A stretch of DNA of 64,000 bases from an uncultured Rhizobiaceae bacterium (GTDB lineage: Bacteria; Pseudomonadota; Alphaproteobacteria; Rhizobiales; Aestuariivirgaceae), in assembly GCA_964543235.1 (NCBI GenBank), contig CAZIXE010000010.1, forward strand, positions 11,276 to 75,275, read 5' to 3'. This document shows positions 1-10,460 of the stretch, piece after piece. The notes under the pieces were generated by a model, which ran no database searches, was not told where the DNA came from, and saw only the letters and a list, made by a program, of their open reading frames with translations. A program made the position numbers and the translations under genes. The number at the start of each line of letters is the position of its first letter. Position 1 is the stretch's first letter.

Positions 1-29
1 TTCAAGGTGTCTCTCGGGGAGACCATCAG

Positions 30-908
30 ATGAGCTCGCAGACCGTCATGAAGGGAATGATCGCCTTCTACGTGTTCCTCTTCTTTCTCTATCTCTTCGG
101 GCCGCTCATGGTCATGAGCGTCACGGCCTTCAACACCCCCGCCTATCCCCAGGCCTATCCTTTCGAGGCCTTCACCCTCGACTGGTTCGTGAAACTCTGG
201 AACCACCGCGCCATGATGGAGGGCCTGTGGAACTCCGTCATCATCGGCCTCGGGGTCGTGGCGGTATCGGTGCCGGTCGGCCTTGCCGCATCGATCATCA
301 TGAACCAGATCTATCATCGCGCCCGCGGCCTGTTCTATCTCGTCACCGTCTCGCCGGTGCTGACTCCGGGCGTCATCATCGGCATCTCCACGGTGATCTT
401 CTGGAAGGACTTTCTCGCCCTGACCGACATTACCAGGGCCACCCTCTACAAGGGTGTCGTCCTGGCGATCTTCGGCCAGTCGAGCTTCATTGCCGCCTAT
501 TGCCTGCTCATCATCATGGCCAGGCTGCAGCGCTTTGACCGCGCCCAGGAGGAGGCAGCGCTCGATCTCGGCGCCTCCTATCCCCAGGTCTTCTGGCATG
601 TCCTGCTGCCGTTCCTGAGGCCGGCCCTGGTGTCGGCAGCGGTCATTGCCTTCCTCTCGTCCTTCGAGAACTACAATACCACCACCTTTGCCATCCTTGC
701 CGACAAGACGCTGGTGACCGTCTTGGCCGGCGAGGTTCGCCAGGGCACGACGCCGGCCCTGTCGGCGCTGGCCGTCATCATCATCGGCCTGTCGCTGCTG
801 GGCGCCGTCGCCTACGAGATCATGAAGCGCCGTGAGGAGGCGCGGACCGAGCGCGCCAAGGAACGTGCCAAGCTTGCCGAGCGGAGTGACCTGGTGCCGG
901 CCGCCTGA
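30..908 (+). CDS. ABC transporter permease subunit (PotC/PotI-like inner-membrane component)
   Basis: 292-aa ORF with ATG at 30. It has multiple hydrophobic spans and an EAA-type loop (EEAALDLGASYPQVFWHVLLPF) typical of binding-protein-dependent permeases. Confidence 0.85.
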   Translation: MSSQTVMKGMIAFYVFLFFLYLFGPLMVMSVTAFNTPAYPQAYPFEAFTLDWFVKLWNHRAMMEGLWNSVIIGLGVVAVSVPVGLAASIIMNQIYHRARGLFYLVTVSPVLTPGVIIGISTVIFWKDFLALTDITRATLYKGVVLAIFGQSSFIAAYCLLIIMARLQRFDRAQEEAALDLGASYPQVFWHVLLPFLRPALVSAAVIAFLSSFENYNTTTFAILADKTLVTVLAGEVRQGTTPALSALAVIIIGLSLLGAVAYEIMKRREEARTERAKERAKLAERSDLVPAA

Positions 909-949
909 CCCGGCCGGCGACACCTGCTGCGGCGGGCCCCGCGCCTGCA

Positions 950-1819
950 ATGAATGCCATGTCCGTGCCATCGCCGCATTCGCCAAGCATCTATGTCTCA
1001 GGCTGGGAGCCCGCGCCCGCCATCCTGGCGCCGGGAACATGTGTCTGCGCCATTGGCGATGTCCATGGCGAGAGCCGTCTCTTCGATGCGCTTGTCGATT
1101 GGCTGCTGCTCCATGTACTCGGCAGGCGCACGGCCGGGCAGCATCTGGTGCTGATCGGCGACTATGTCGATCGCGGGCCCGACAGCCTGGGTGTGATGGC
1201 GCGGGTTGCCCGGCTTGACCCGCCGCAGGTCGACGTGACGAGACTGTGCGGCAATCACGACATCTTTTTCGACACCTTCCTGCGCGACCCGCGCTGTGAC
1301 CTGGATTTCGTGATCTTCTGGATGTCGAACGGCGGCGATACGACGCTCCAGGAGCTCGGCATCACCTTTGCCGAGTGCAAAGGCCTGGGCATAGCAGCCG
1401 CGCGCCGCAAGGCGCTGGCGCGTCTCGATGCGGATTTGGCGGCGCTGCCCCGCCGCCTCGTGCCGTCACGGCGCATCGGCGGCTACCTTTTCGCGCATGC
1501 CGGCGTTCACCCCGAACGGCCCTTCGACCCGGGCAATGTGACAGAACTCACGACCATCCGTGAACCGTTCCTGTCGGCTCCCGTATGGCGGCATGATTTC
1601 GTCGTCGTCCACGGCCACACCATCTGCGGTCCGGACGTTCGCCGGCATCGCATTGCAATCGACAGCGGCGCCTTTCACACCGGCGTGCTGACCGCCGTTC
1701 ACCTCGAGGAAGACTGGCTGCGCTTCATCGTGGCATCCGACCAGCCGCCGCAAGACGCAACGCTCCGCCTGCAGCGCCGCAACCCGCGCCGCCAGGAGAC
1801 TTGGGTCCGCCAGGGTTGA
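950..1819 (+). CDS. metallophosphoesterase / Ser-Thr phosphatase family protein (ApaH/PrpA-like)
   Basis: 289-aa ORF carrying the calcineurin-like motifs GDVHG, GDYVDRGP, GNHD and VHGH in canonical order. Confidence 0.8.
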   Translation: MNAMSVPSPHSPSIYVSGWEPAPAILAPGTCVCAIGDVHGESRLFDALVDWLLLHVLGRRTAGQHLVLIGDYVDRGPDSLGVMARVARLDPPQVDVTRLCGNHDIFFDTFLRDPRCDLDFVIFWMSNGGDTTLQELGITFAECKGLGIAAARRKALARLDADLAALPRRLVPSRRIGGYLFAHAGVHPERPFDPGNVTELTTIREPFLSAPVWRHDFVVVHGHTICGPDVRRHRIAIDSGAFHTGVLTAVHLEEDWLRFIVASDQPPQDATLRLQRRNPRRQETWVRQG

Positions 1820-1863
1820 ACCGGCCAATGCGCCCGAACTTCCGCTTGCCGGACACGCGCGGC

Positions 1864-2967
1864 TCACCCGGATTCGCTGGCCCGGTAGCTTGCCGCCGCG
1901 AGCCAGTCGGGATTGATCTCCACCCCCCAGCCGGGCGCGTCCGTGACCTCCGCCTTGCCGTCCACGATCCGGTAGGGATCGTTGCGGAACAGCCCGTACT
2001 GCCAGGGATAGTAGTCGGCCCCCTCGATGGAGAACTCGAGGTACTTGCCGGCATTGGGAATGGCGAGCAGCAGGTGCATGGTGCACAGCGTCACCAGCGA
2101 CAGGTTGGCGGCATGCGGCGTCACCGGGAGTCCGGCCTTTTCCGCCATCCGGCAGACTTCGAGCGCGCGTGTCATGCCGCCCAGATACATGACGTCGGGC
2201 TGCACGACATCGACGGCGCGCATGCCGATCATCGTCTTCCAGGCGGAAAACTCACAGTCCTGTTCCCCGCCCGTCACATCGATTGCGAGCGCATCGGCAA
2301 CCTGCTTCGTCTGCTCGAACTCCCAGTAGGGGCAGGGCTCTTCGAAATGCGAGATGCCCTCATCTTCGAGCAGCCGGCCGACCTCGATGGCGCGTTTCGG
2401 CGAGTAGCAGGAATTGGCATCAACCAGCTTCGCCGCGCCACTGCCCAGCGCCCGTGACACCAGCGGCACGATCGCCTCGGTGCGTCCCGGCCACTCGTCC
2501 CGGTCCCGCCCGCATTCGGCGCCGACCCGCCATTTGAAGGCATCGAAACCGAACCGGTCACGGAGCTTGAGGAAACGCTTGGCTTCGTCTTCCGGCGTGA
2601 TGTCGCGCTTCATGGAAGAAGCATAGGCGCGCAGCTTTCCGGGCTTGCCGCCCAGCAGGCTGACCACGGGCTTGCCCTCGGCCTTGCCCCTGAGATCGAG
2701 CAGGGCGGTGTCGAGCCCGGTCGTGGCCCGGCGCAGATACGAGCCCGGAAACTTGTGTTCGCGCTCATTGATGAGGAGCAGGGTGTCGGCAAAATCGATG
2801 GCGTCGGTGCCCAGCGCATGCGGTGCCACCTGCCGGTGGAACACCTCGCAGGTGATGTCGGCATTGTATGTTGAGACCTGGCCCCAGCCCTGGTCGCCGG
2901 TGTCGGCGGTCACCCGTACAAAGCCCACATAGGAGTTGCAGAAGGTCTCGAGTTTCTTGATTTTCAT
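1864..2967 (-). CDS. enolase-superfamily enzyme (mandelate racemase / muconate lactonizing enzyme family)
   Basis: 367-aa ORF with ATG at 2967. It has the overall MR/MLE layout (N-terminal capping domain, then a barrel with acidic metal ligands). No substrate can be assigned from sequence alone. Confidence 0.8.
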   Translation of the reverse strand: MKIKKLETFCNSYVGFVRVTADTGDQGWGQVSTYNADITCEVFHRQVAPHALGTDAIDFADTLLLINEREHKFPGSYLRRATTGLDTALLDLRGKAEGKPVVSLLGGKPGKLRAYASSMKRDITPEDEAKRFLKLRDRFGFDAFKWRVGAECGRDRDEWPGRTEAIVPLVSRALGSGAAKLVDANSCYSPKRAIEVGRLLEDEGISHFEEPCPYWEFEQTKQVADALAIDVTGGEQDCEFSAWKTMIGMRAVDVVQPDVMYLGGMTRALEVCRMAEKAGLPVTPHAANLSLVTLCTMHLLLAIPNAGKYLEFSIEGADYYPWQYGLFRNDPYRIVDGKAEVTDAPGWGVEINPDWLAAASYRASESG

Positions 2968-3022
2968 GAAGATGGCCGGCCGTCCGGGCGGGAAGAATGC
3001 GCGGTGACATTGCCGCCGCCTC

Positions 3023-3041
3023 TTGTCATGGTCAATGACAA
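3023..3041. promoter_or_regulatory. perfect palindrome TTGTCAT-N5-ATGACAA
   Basis: Read directly from the sequence. It lies in the 78-bp gap between the Na/Pi transporter stop (3046) and the MR/MLE gene start (2967). It could be an operator or an A/T-rich hairpin. Confidence 0.3.
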
Positions 3042-3045
3042 ACCC

Positions 3046-4713
3046 CTACTTGCCGCTGCGGATGCGCGTGCGCCGCAAAAGGCCCGCCGCATCGACGATC
3101 GGATAACCGGCCGAGACGATGTGCGAGTTGATCCGGTGCAGGTCGCGGATCATGTCGACGTAAAGTGCGCTCCGCCTCAGGCTCTCGCCCCGCACCCGCT
3201 GGCCGCTCGCGAAATGCTCGTCGAGCACCTTGTTTTCGAGCATCCGGAACGCATCCTTCTGGGCAATGAGCCGCTTGGCTCCCTCGATGTCGCGTGAACC
3301 GAGCACGCCGGTGGCCAGCCGCAGATTGTCGTGAATGATGAGGCAGAGATCGTCGAGCGAGGCCTGCTGGTCGAGCGTGAAGGTGATGCCCTGCTTGGCC
3401 TTGGCCTTGATGCGGTCGGCCAGGTTGAGCTGGATGATGTCCCCGGCATGCTCGAGGTTGCTGACATAGAGCGTGATCTCGAGCGACCGGCGCGCGTCGT
3501 CCGGAGAAATCTCCAGCCGCATCAGGTCGGCGAGGTAGGCCTGGATCGAAACCTGGTAGGTATTGAGCTTCTCGTCGAGAGCTTTGAGTGTCTTGAGCGT
3601 TTCCAGACTCTGCTGGCGCAGCGCCTGCAGTGCGGTCTGGAACATCCGGTCAAGCAGTTCGCTCATCCGCACCGTCTCGAGCAGCGCATTGGACAGCGCC
3701 ACCGAAGGCGTGTCGATGGCCTTCTTGTCGAGATAGCGCGGTGCGGCGAGATGATCCACATTCGCCGGGTCATCTGGAACGAGCCGCCGCATCAATGTGG
3801 CGAGCGGCCCCGTGAAGGGCAGGAAGATGAGCCCTACCAGAACGTTGAAGCCGGCATGGAAGAGCATGGCGCTTTCGACCGCCCGCAGCGGGATGAGGCT
3901 TGCGAAGGGCAGGAGCCTGGAGGCAAAGCCCAGCAGCGCAACAGCCACGGCGCCCCGGCACAGCAGGTTGGCAAGCGGCAGCCGGCGCGCCGCGGCAGGC
4001 TGGCCCAGGGTGCCGGTCACGGCGGGCAGGCCGCCAGCGAAATTGAGGCCCAGGATGAACCCGAGCGCGCCGGCCAGTTCAAGGCTGCCATTGGCCAGGA
4101 ACGAGGCGATGAGCAGAATGACCGCCAGCGTCGAATGGAACAGCCAGGCCAGTGCCCCGCCCACGATGAAGGCCAGGAACGGCTCGCGGCCGACCGCCGC
4201 CAGCACGTCATGGAACAGGCTCGCCTCGCGCAGCGGCTGCGTGGCCGCCGATATCAGCTTGAGCGACAGGAGCAGGAGCCCGAGTCCGATCAGGATGCGG
4301 CCGATATTGTGCGGCCGGAATTCGCGGCTGGCGCTGAACGTGACAAAGCCTGCGAAGATCAGGATGGGCGATGCCCAAAGCGCCAGCGAGCTGCCGGACG
4401 CAAACGCGCCGGAGACCAGGGCCGAACCGGCATCGGCCCCCAGGAGCACGGCAAGCCCCAGCGACGTCCCGACCGCGCCGCTGCTCGCGATGCCGGCGAT
4501 GATCAGCGCCATGGCCGTGCTGCTGCCCAGAATGGCCGTCGCCGCCGCCCCCGCGGCATAGGCCGACAGGCGGTTGCCCAGATGGCGGGTCAGGAAATGC
4601 TCAAGCCGGTCCCCCCACGCCCGCATCACCCCGGTCCGCACCATCCTGACACCCCACAGGAGCAGGGCGACGCCGCCGAGCAGATTGATGATAACGAGGG
4701 TTCCTGGGTTCAC
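3046..4713 (-). CDS. Na+/phosphate cotransporter family protein with C-terminal PhoU-like domain
   Basis: 555-aa ORF with a GTG start at 4713. The N-terminal half is polytopic (LLGGVALLLWGVRMVRTG...), and the C-terminal half is soluble and helical, as in NptA/YjbB-type proteins. It starts 9 bp after the phnY stop. Confidence 0.85.
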   Translation of the reverse strand: MNPGTLVIINLLGGVALLLWGVRMVRTGVMRAWGDRLEHFLTRHLGNRLSAYAAGAAATAILGSSTAMALIIAGIASSGAVGTSLGLAVLLGADAGSALVSGAFASGSSLALWASPILIFAGFVTFSASREFRPHNIGRILIGLGLLLLSLKLISAATQPLREASLFHDVLAAVGREPFLAFIVGGALAWLFHSTLAVILLIASFLANGSLELAGALGFILGLNFAGGLPAVTGTLGQPAAARRLPLANLLCRGAVAVALLGFASRLLPFASLIPLRAVESAMLFHAGFNVLVGLIFLPFTGPLATLMRRLVPDDPANVDHLAAPRYLDKKAIDTPSVALSNALLETVRMSELLDRMFQTALQALRQQSLETLKTLKALDEKLNTYQVSIQAYLADLMRLEISPDDARRSLEITLYVSNLEHAGDIIQLNLADRIKAKAKQGITFTLDQQASLDDLCLIIHDNLRLATGVLGSRDIEGAKRLIAQKDAFRMLENKVLDEHFASGQRVRGESLRRSALYVDMIRDLHRINSHIVSAGYPIVDAAGLLRRTRIRSGK

Positions 4714-4722
4714 GTCATGCGG

Positions 4723-6180
4723 TCATGGCCATGGCAGCGACCACGTTTTCACATGCGTGAAGAACTTCATGGCCTCCATGACACCCTCCTTGATGCCATT
4801 GCCGGAATCCTTGATTCCGCCGAAAGGCGACATCTCGATGCGGTATCCCGGCACTTCCCAGATATTGACGGTGCCGACGGCCAGTCCCTCGACGAAACGG
4901 CTGATGCGGTCGAGGCGGTTTGTACATACGCCGGATGACAGCCCGAACGGCGTCGAGTTCGAAATCCGGATCACCTCGTCGTCGTCGTTTGGCACCCGCA
5001 CGATGGGGATCACGGGACCGAAGGTCTCCTCGAAGACCAGTTCCGACCGGTGCGGCACGTAGTCGACAGTGATGGGCGGCAGCACCGCGCCCTTGCGTCC
5101 GGGGTCGTAAAGCACCTTCGCCCCTTGCTCCGCCGCCTTGTAGACGCGCGCCTCGAAAACCCTGGCAGCCTCCTCGTGCACGACCGTGCCGAGATCGGTG
5201 TCGGGGTCCATCGGATCGCCGAACCTGATCTTCTTCGCCTTCGCGACAACCAGCGGCACGAACCGGTCGGCCACCCTCTCTTGCACCAGGATGCGCTTGA
5301 CGGCCGTGCAGCGCTGTCCCGAATTTTTCGTGGCGCCGGCCACCGCCAGTTCCGCGGCCTTTTCGAGGTCGCCGTCGCTGAGATCGTCCAGCACGATCAG
5401 CGGGTCATTGCCGCCGAGTTCCAGCGCGGCGCGCTTGTAGCCCGCCTTCGCCGCGATGATCTTGCCCACCCGCACGCCGCCCGTGAACGTGATGACCGAG
5501 ATATGCTCATTGGTGACCATCTCGTCGCCGATTTCGTCAGGCCAGCCGGTGACCACCTGGAACATCTCGGGCGGCAGCCCCGCCTCATAGAGGATGTCGG
5601 CCAGCGCCAGCGCCGTGAGCGGCGTGAGTTCCGTCGGCTTGCACACCACGCAATTGTTCGTGGCAATCGCCGGCGCCACCTTGTGGGCCACCATGTTCAG
5701 CGGATGGTTGAAGGGCGTGATGGCCGAAATGACGCCCACCGGCTCGCGCTTGGTGAAGATCTTGCGGGCCTTGCCCTGCGGCGTCAGATCGCACGAGAAG
5801 ATCTGCCCGTCATCGAGAATGGTGAGCTGCCCGGCCAGCGAGAACACGTCGCAGGCCCGGCCGCATTCATAGGCCGAATCCTTCTTCGACAGGCCGAGTT
5901 CCAGGGTAATGAAATCGGAGAGCCGGTCCTTCCGCTGACCGATGAGTTCGCTGGTGCGGAACAGGATCTGCTGGCGCTCATGGCGGCTGAGCCGCGGCCG
6001 GAAGCCGGCGGCGATGGCGAACGCCCGGGCGGCATGCTCGGCCCGGCCGGCCGGCACCGTGCCGATGATCTCGTTGGTATAGGGATAATGGACTGCAACG
6101 GCCTCGTCCGCGTCGACCTTGCGGCCGCCGATCCGCATCGACTCGCGAATGACCGCGCGTTTCCGGGCCGGTGCGTTCAT
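4723..6180 (-). CDS. phnY: phosphonoacetaldehyde dehydrogenase (NAD-dependent aldehyde dehydrogenase family)
   Basis: ALDH-family sequence (ELGGNDP, catalytic GQRCTA). The start is taken at the internal ATG 6180 (MNAPARK...), one nt after the phnA stop. The function is assigned from its position in a phnW-phnA-ALDH operon. Confidence 0.75.
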   Translation of the reverse strand: MNAPARKRAVIRESMRIGGRKVDADEAVAVHYPYTNEIIGTVPAGRAEHAARAFAIAAGFRPRLSRHERQQILFRTSELIGQRKDRLSDFITLELGLSKKDSAYECGRACDVFSLAGQLTILDDGQIFSCDLTPQGKARKIFTKREPVGVISAITPFNHPLNMVAHKVAPAIATNNCVVCKPTELTPLTALALADILYEAGLPPEMFQVVTGWPDEIGDEMVTNEHISVITFTGGVRVGKIIAAKAGYKRAALELGGNDPLIVLDDLSDGDLEKAAELAVAGATKNSGQRCTAVKRILVQERVADRFVPLVVAKAKKIRFGDPMDPDTDLGTVVHEEAARVFEARVYKAAEQGAKVLYDPGRKGAVLPPITVDYVPHRSELVFEETFGPVIPIVRVPNDDDEVIRISNSTPFGLSSGVCTNRLDRISRFVEGLAVGTVNIWEVPGYRIEMSPFGGIKDSGNGIKEGVMEAMKFFTHVKTWSLPWP

Positions 6181-6181
6181 C

Positions 6182-7435
6182 TCAAGCCTCCGCGACATGG
6201 TTGCAGCCGATGCTGAAGGCATCGAAATTGCGCAGCACCGCTGGCAGGTCCCTCGTCTTGCGGTTGACGATCACCGGCACCTCCTGCTCGCTGAGCCCGC
6301 CATGCGAGCGCAGCGGCTCGGTGAGGCCGGAGAGGTCGTGTCTTGCACGCGACGTGCCGATCACCTTTGTGGCGCGCGTCCCGCCGGAGATAACGATGAT
6401 GTCGCCCATCCGGTCCGGGGGCAGTTCGAAGCGGGTGCAGGCTTCCTCCCGCTCCATCACCAGATCGATACCGGGTTGCCGGCGGATGGTCTCTGTCACC
6501 TCGTCGCGGCCGGCGCCGTTGAGATAGACGGTGGCAAAGGAACCGAGCGCCCCGTGATGCACCACGTAAGGATCGGTGATGGGCAGGATGACCCGGGTGC
6601 GGCCCGCCCCATGGGCCGCATCGAGAATGTCTTGGAGATAGACGACATCCGGCTCGCCATTGCCGAGATGCTTGTCCTTCATGCCGTGGTCGGCGACGAT
6701 CACGACGATCGCGCCCGCCCTGTCGAGTTGGTCGAGATAGCCGTCCATCATGGCGTAGAAGGCATTGGCTCCTTCCGAGCCCGGCGCATATTTGTGCTGT
6801 ATATAGTCGGTGGTTGAGAGATACATGAGATCCGGCCGCATCTCCCGCAGCAGCCACACGCCCGCGGCAAAGACGAATTCCGATAGCTCGGATGAGTAGA
6901 CGTCGGGCACGCCCATCCCCACCTTGCGGCAGACATCATCGATGCCGTTTTCGGCGAGCGTCGCCCGATCGGCCGTCTCCGAGGAGAAACATACGGCCGT
7001 GCCGTCATAGACCAGGCCTTTGCCGAGCAGCAGCCTGAGCTTGTCCTTGGCCGTCACCACGGCAACCCGGGCACCGGCCTTCTGGAAGGCCTCGAAGATG
7101 GTCGGCGCCCGGAGCCATTTCGGATCGTTCATCATGGTTTCCCGGCCCGTGGCCGGATCGATGAGGTAATTGCCGCAGATGCCGTGGAACGACGGCGGAC
7201 GGCCGGTGACGATCGACAGATTGTTGGGATTGGTGAAGCTCGGGATGACGCAGAGCCCGCGCCGGTTCTCGCCCCTGGCGATGATCCGGTCGAGCCCCGG
7301 CATCAGTCCCCGCTGCCGGGCAATCTCCATGTAGGCGGGCTCGCTGCCATCGCAGCAGATGACGACGAGCGGCGCCTTCGGCCAGGCATAGAAGCGGCCA
7401 TTGACGGTGACTTTTTCGCTTGTCGATTTCAGCAT
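6182..7435 (-). CDS. phnA: phosphonoacetate hydrolase (alkaline-phosphatase superfamily)
   Basis: 417 aa. Long blocks match my memory of Pseudomonas PhnA: [60 protein letters not shown]. Confidence 0.9.
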   Translation of the reverse strand: MLKSTSEKVTVNGRFYAWPKAPLVVICCDGSEPAYMEIARQRGLMPGLDRIIARGENRRGLCVIPSFTNPNNLSIVTGRPPSFHGICGNYLIDPATGRETMMNDPKWLRAPTIFEAFQKAGARVAVVTAKDKLRLLLGKGLVYDGTAVCFSSETADRATLAENGIDDVCRKVGMGVPDVYSSELSEFVFAAGVWLLREMRPDLMYLSTTDYIQHKYAPGSEGANAFYAMMDGYLDQLDRAGAIVVIVADHGMKDKHLGNGEPDVVYLQDILDAAHGAGRTRVILPITDPYVVHHGALGSFATVYLNGAGRDEVTETIRRQPGIDLVMEREEACTRFELPPDRMGDIIVISGGTRATKVIGTSRARHDLSGLTEPLRSHGGLSEQEVPVIVNRKTRDLPAVLRNFDAFSIGCNHVAEA

Positions 7436-7460
7436 GGCGCTGCTTCCTTCGCGGCCTCCG

Positions 7461-8636
7461 TTACGCTTCGATCGGCGTCATGTCGCGGATCCGCAGCTCT
7501 TCCAGCACTTCGCCCACCGCCGCCACGGCGCGCTCCATGATCTCCTCGTCGACCTTGCCGATCGTCCCGATGCGAAAGCTCGGCCGCTTGGTCAGCTTGC
7601 CGGGATAAATGGCGAAGCCCCGGCGGCGCAGGGCTTCGTAGAACTCCTCGAACACGAAATTCTGGTCGCGCGGCATCAGGAAGGTCTGGATGATCGGTCC
7701 TGCATGGCTGTCATCGATGAGGGTCGTGAAGCCGAGGTCCCGCATCCCCTTCACCAGCACCTCGGCATTGCGCCGGTAGCGGCGTTCGCGGCCCTCGACG
7801 CCGCCTTCCTCCTCGTGTTCGCGCAGGGCCTGGTGGAAGGCCGCCAGCGCATGGGTAGGCGGCGTGAACCGGAACTGGCCGTTGGCCTCGAGACCACGCC
7901 ATTGATCGTAGAGGTCGAGCACGGCGGAATGGCAATGGCCGACCGAGAACTCGAGCAGGTCGCGGCGGCACAGCACGTAGGAAAAGCCGGGAACGCCCTC
8001 GATGCATTTGTTGGAGGAGGCGACCATGACGTCGATCCCCGTGTTCTCCATGTCGAGGGGCAGCGCACCGAACGACGACATGGCATCGACCATCAGGATG
8101 CGGCCGTGCCGTTTCACGCATTCGCCGAGTTCATGGAGCGGGTTGACGATCCCCGAAGTGGTCTCGCAATGAACCATCCACACATGCGAGATGGCCTTGT
8201 CCGACTCCAGCATGGTTGCGATGTCGCCGGTCGTCGGCACGGCGCTGTCGCCCTTGTCGATCTTGATGTGCGGCCGGCCGATGCGCTCGAGGATCTTGGC
8301 CGCGCGGTCGCCATACGCGCCGTTCGCGACAACCAGCGTCTTCTTGCGCTTGTCGGGACAGAAACTGCCCAGCGCCGCCTCGATCGCAAAGGTACCGGAC
8401 CCCTGCATGATGACGCATTCGTAACTGTCGTCGCACTTTGCCAGCTTGAGCAGCCGCCGCCTGATATCGGCAACGATCTCCCGGAACTCGCTGTCACGCG
8501 ACCCGTAATCCGCCAGCATCGCCATCTTGACCGTCCGCGATGTCGTGAGCGGCCCGGGGGTCAGCAGGTAGGGCATGTCCTCCTGGCCGTCTGGCCCGTG
8601 AAAGGAGGGAATCGGCACGCGTGTGTGGATCGTCAT
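7461..8636 (-). CDS. phnW: 2-aminoethylphosphonate--pyruvate transaminase
   Basis: 391-aa class-V aminotransferase (LLTPGPLTTS..., SSNKCIEG with the PLP lysine). It is the first gene of the phn operon and sits divergent from a LysR gene. Confidence 0.85.
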   Translation of the reverse strand: MTIHTRVPIPSFHGPDGQEDMPYLLTPGPLTTSRTVKMAMLADYGSRDSEFREIVADIRRRLLKLAKCDDSYECVIMQGSGTFAIEAALGSFCPDKRKKTLVVANGAYGDRAAKILERIGRPHIKIDKGDSAVPTTGDIATMLESDKAISHVWMVHCETTSGIVNPLHELGECVKRHGRILMVDAMSSFGALPLDMENTGIDVMVASSNKCIEGVPGFSYVLCRRDLLEFSVGHCHSAVLDLYDQWRGLEANGQFRFTPPTHALAAFHQALREHEEEGGVEGRERRYRRNAEVLVKGMRDLGFTTLIDDSHAGPIIQTFLMPRDQNFVFEEFYEALRRRGFAIYPGKLTKRPSFRIGTIGKVDEEIMERAVAAVGEVLEELRIRDMTPIEA

Positions 8637-8723
8637 GGAACACCTCTTCGCGCTTTTCGATAGGAGCGGTGTCAGCTATAAGTCAAATCGCAAATAACTA
8701 TAACATATATAAGTTGGACTGAT

Positions 8724-9578
8724 ATGACCTACGCTCAGCTCAGAGCCTTTCACGCGGTCGCGCGTGCGGGAGGTTTTTCCAGGGCCGCGGCCCGCCTGTC
8801 CCTGACCCAGCCGGCCATCTCCGACCATGTCCGCAAGCTGGAGGAGCGCTATGGTGTCCAGCTCGTTGTTCGCCGGCCGCGCGGCGTGACCTTGACCGAG
8901 TTGGGACGCCAGCTCCTGGCCATCATCGAGCGTCAGTTCGAAGCCGAGGCGGAAGCCCGCGACCTGCTCTCCCGCGCCCAGACCCTCCAGGAGGGACAGC
9001 TCACCATTGGCGCGGATGCTGCCGTCCACGTCCTGCCCCAGATCGCGCGGTTCAAGGCCCGCCATCCCGGCATCGCCGTGCGACTGGTCGCCGGTAACTC
9101 GGCGGACCTCCTCGCGAGGCTTGCTGATTTCAGTATCGACTTTGCCGTGACCGCCGACCGGCCATCGGCCGAAGCCGTTGCCCGCCGCAAGCTGCGCGAG
9201 GACCCTCTCGTCGCCGTGGTCTCGGCGAAGTCGTTCCCCGGACGCAAAGCGAGCCTCACCTTTGCGGAATTGGCGGCCATGCCGCATGTTCTGCGGGAAC
9301 AAGGATCGGCAACGCGCCGTATCCTGATGGCCGAACTTCAAAGCCGTGGCCTGCACCTGGCGCAAGTGACCGAGGTCGAGGGCCGCGAAGCGGCCCGTGA
9401 AGCCGCAGCCCAGGGCCTTGGCGTCGCGGTCATGTCGCGAGCCGAACTGGCCGACGACGGCCGGCTCAAGGCATTGCGCTTTTCCGACTGGCCGGTTGCC
9501 ATGGAGGAGTGGCTCGCCTGGCTCTCGTCACGCGCCGGCCTTCACGTGATTCGCGCCTTTCTCGACACGGCGCGCTGA
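8724..9578 (+). CDS. LysR-family transcriptional regulator
   Basis: 284 aa. The N-terminal HTH (MTYAQLRAFHAVARAGGFSRAAARLSLTQPAISDHVRKLE) is followed by a LysR substrate-binding domain. It is divergent from phnW. Confidence 0.9.
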   Translation: MTYAQLRAFHAVARAGGFSRAAARLSLTQPAISDHVRKLEERYGVQLVVRRPRGVTLTELGRQLLAIIERQFEAEAEARDLLSRAQTLQEGQLTIGADAAVHVLPQIARFKARHPGIAVRLVAGNSADLLARLADFSIDFAVTADRPSAEAVARRKLREDPLVAVVSAKSFPGRKASLTFAELAAMPHVLREQGSATRRILMAELQSRGLHLAQVTEVEGREAAREAAAQGLGVAVMSRAELADDGRLKALRFSDWPVAMEEWLAWLSSRAGLHVIRAFLDTAR

Positions 9579-9614
9579 TCCGTGGCATGCTGAACCAGGC
9601 TGTGAGGAGTGACG

Positions 9615-10460
9615 ATGGCCCCAACGCTCAAAATTGCCTGCATCCAGAACCTGGCCACCCCCGATGTCGGCCGCGATCTCGAGACACTGGCGCGCCTCAT
9701 CGAAAGCGCCGCCGGTCTGGGCGCCACGCTGATCGCCACGCCGGAGTATTGCGCGGGCCTGGAAACCCGTGACGGCAGGCTCTATCCCTTTGCCGCGGCC
9801 GAGGCGGAACACCCTGTCATCCCCGCGATGTCGGATCTCGCGCGCCGCCACCGCATCTGGATCCTTGTGGGATCGATCGGGGTGCGGGCCGCGGATGGCC
9901 GCATCAGCAACCGCTCTCTCCTGTTCGCATCGGACGGCCGCATCGTCGCCCGCTACGACAAGCTGCATCTGTTCGATGTCGATCTGGGTGCCGGCAGGAT
10001 CTACCGCGAGTCGGCAACCATCGCACCGGGCAATGACGCGGTTCTGGCGCCGGGACCCGCCGGTCCGATCGGCCTGTCGATCTGCTACGATCTCCGCTTC
10101 GCCGCCCTCTATCGCGCCTATGCAAAGGCCGGCGCGGTGCTCCTCGCGGTTCCCGCCGCCTTCACCCGGACGACCGGCGAGGCGCACTGGCACGTGCTCA
10201 ACCGGGCGCGGGCGATCGAGACCGGTTCCTATGTCATTTCGCCGTGCCAGTACGGCACGCTCGCCGGCGGCGCCCAGTGCTACGGCCATTCGCTCATCGT
10301 CGATCCCTGGGGGCAGGTGCTGGCCGACGGCGGCGATTCGGAGGGCGTGATCCTGGCCGATATCGATATCGGCGAAGTGGCGAAGGCAAGGCACCGGATA
10401 CCGGCGCTGACCCACGACCGCCCCATCGCGCTTCACCACCCGGCCGCCGCGGCGGAATGA
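9615..10460 (+). CDS. carbon-nitrogen hydrolase (nitrilase superfamily, Nit/omega-amidase-like)
   Basis: ATG at 9615 preceded by GAGGAG (9604-9609). The catalytic E-K-C pattern is present (TPEY..., YDKLHLFD, ICYDLRF). Confidence 0.85.
   Translation: MAPTLKIACIQNLATPDVGRDLETLARLIESAAGLGATLIATPEYCAGLETRDGRLYPFAAAEAEHPVIPAMSDLARRHRIWILVGSIGVRAADGRISNRSLLFASDGRIVARYDKLHLFDVDLGAGRIYRESATIAPGNDAVLAPGPAGPIGLSICYDLRFAALYRAYAKAGAVLLAVPAAFTRTTGEAHWHVLNRARAIETGSYVISPCQYGTLAGGAQCYGHSLIVDPWGQVLADGGDSEGVILADIDIGEVAKARHRIPALTHDRPIALHHPAAAAE

Noticed and set aside
3331-4938. 535-aa plus-strand ORF
   Set aside because: It is antisense to the Na/Pi cotransporter and the end of phnY. The extreme Arg/Gly/Glu/Pro composition is not protein-like.
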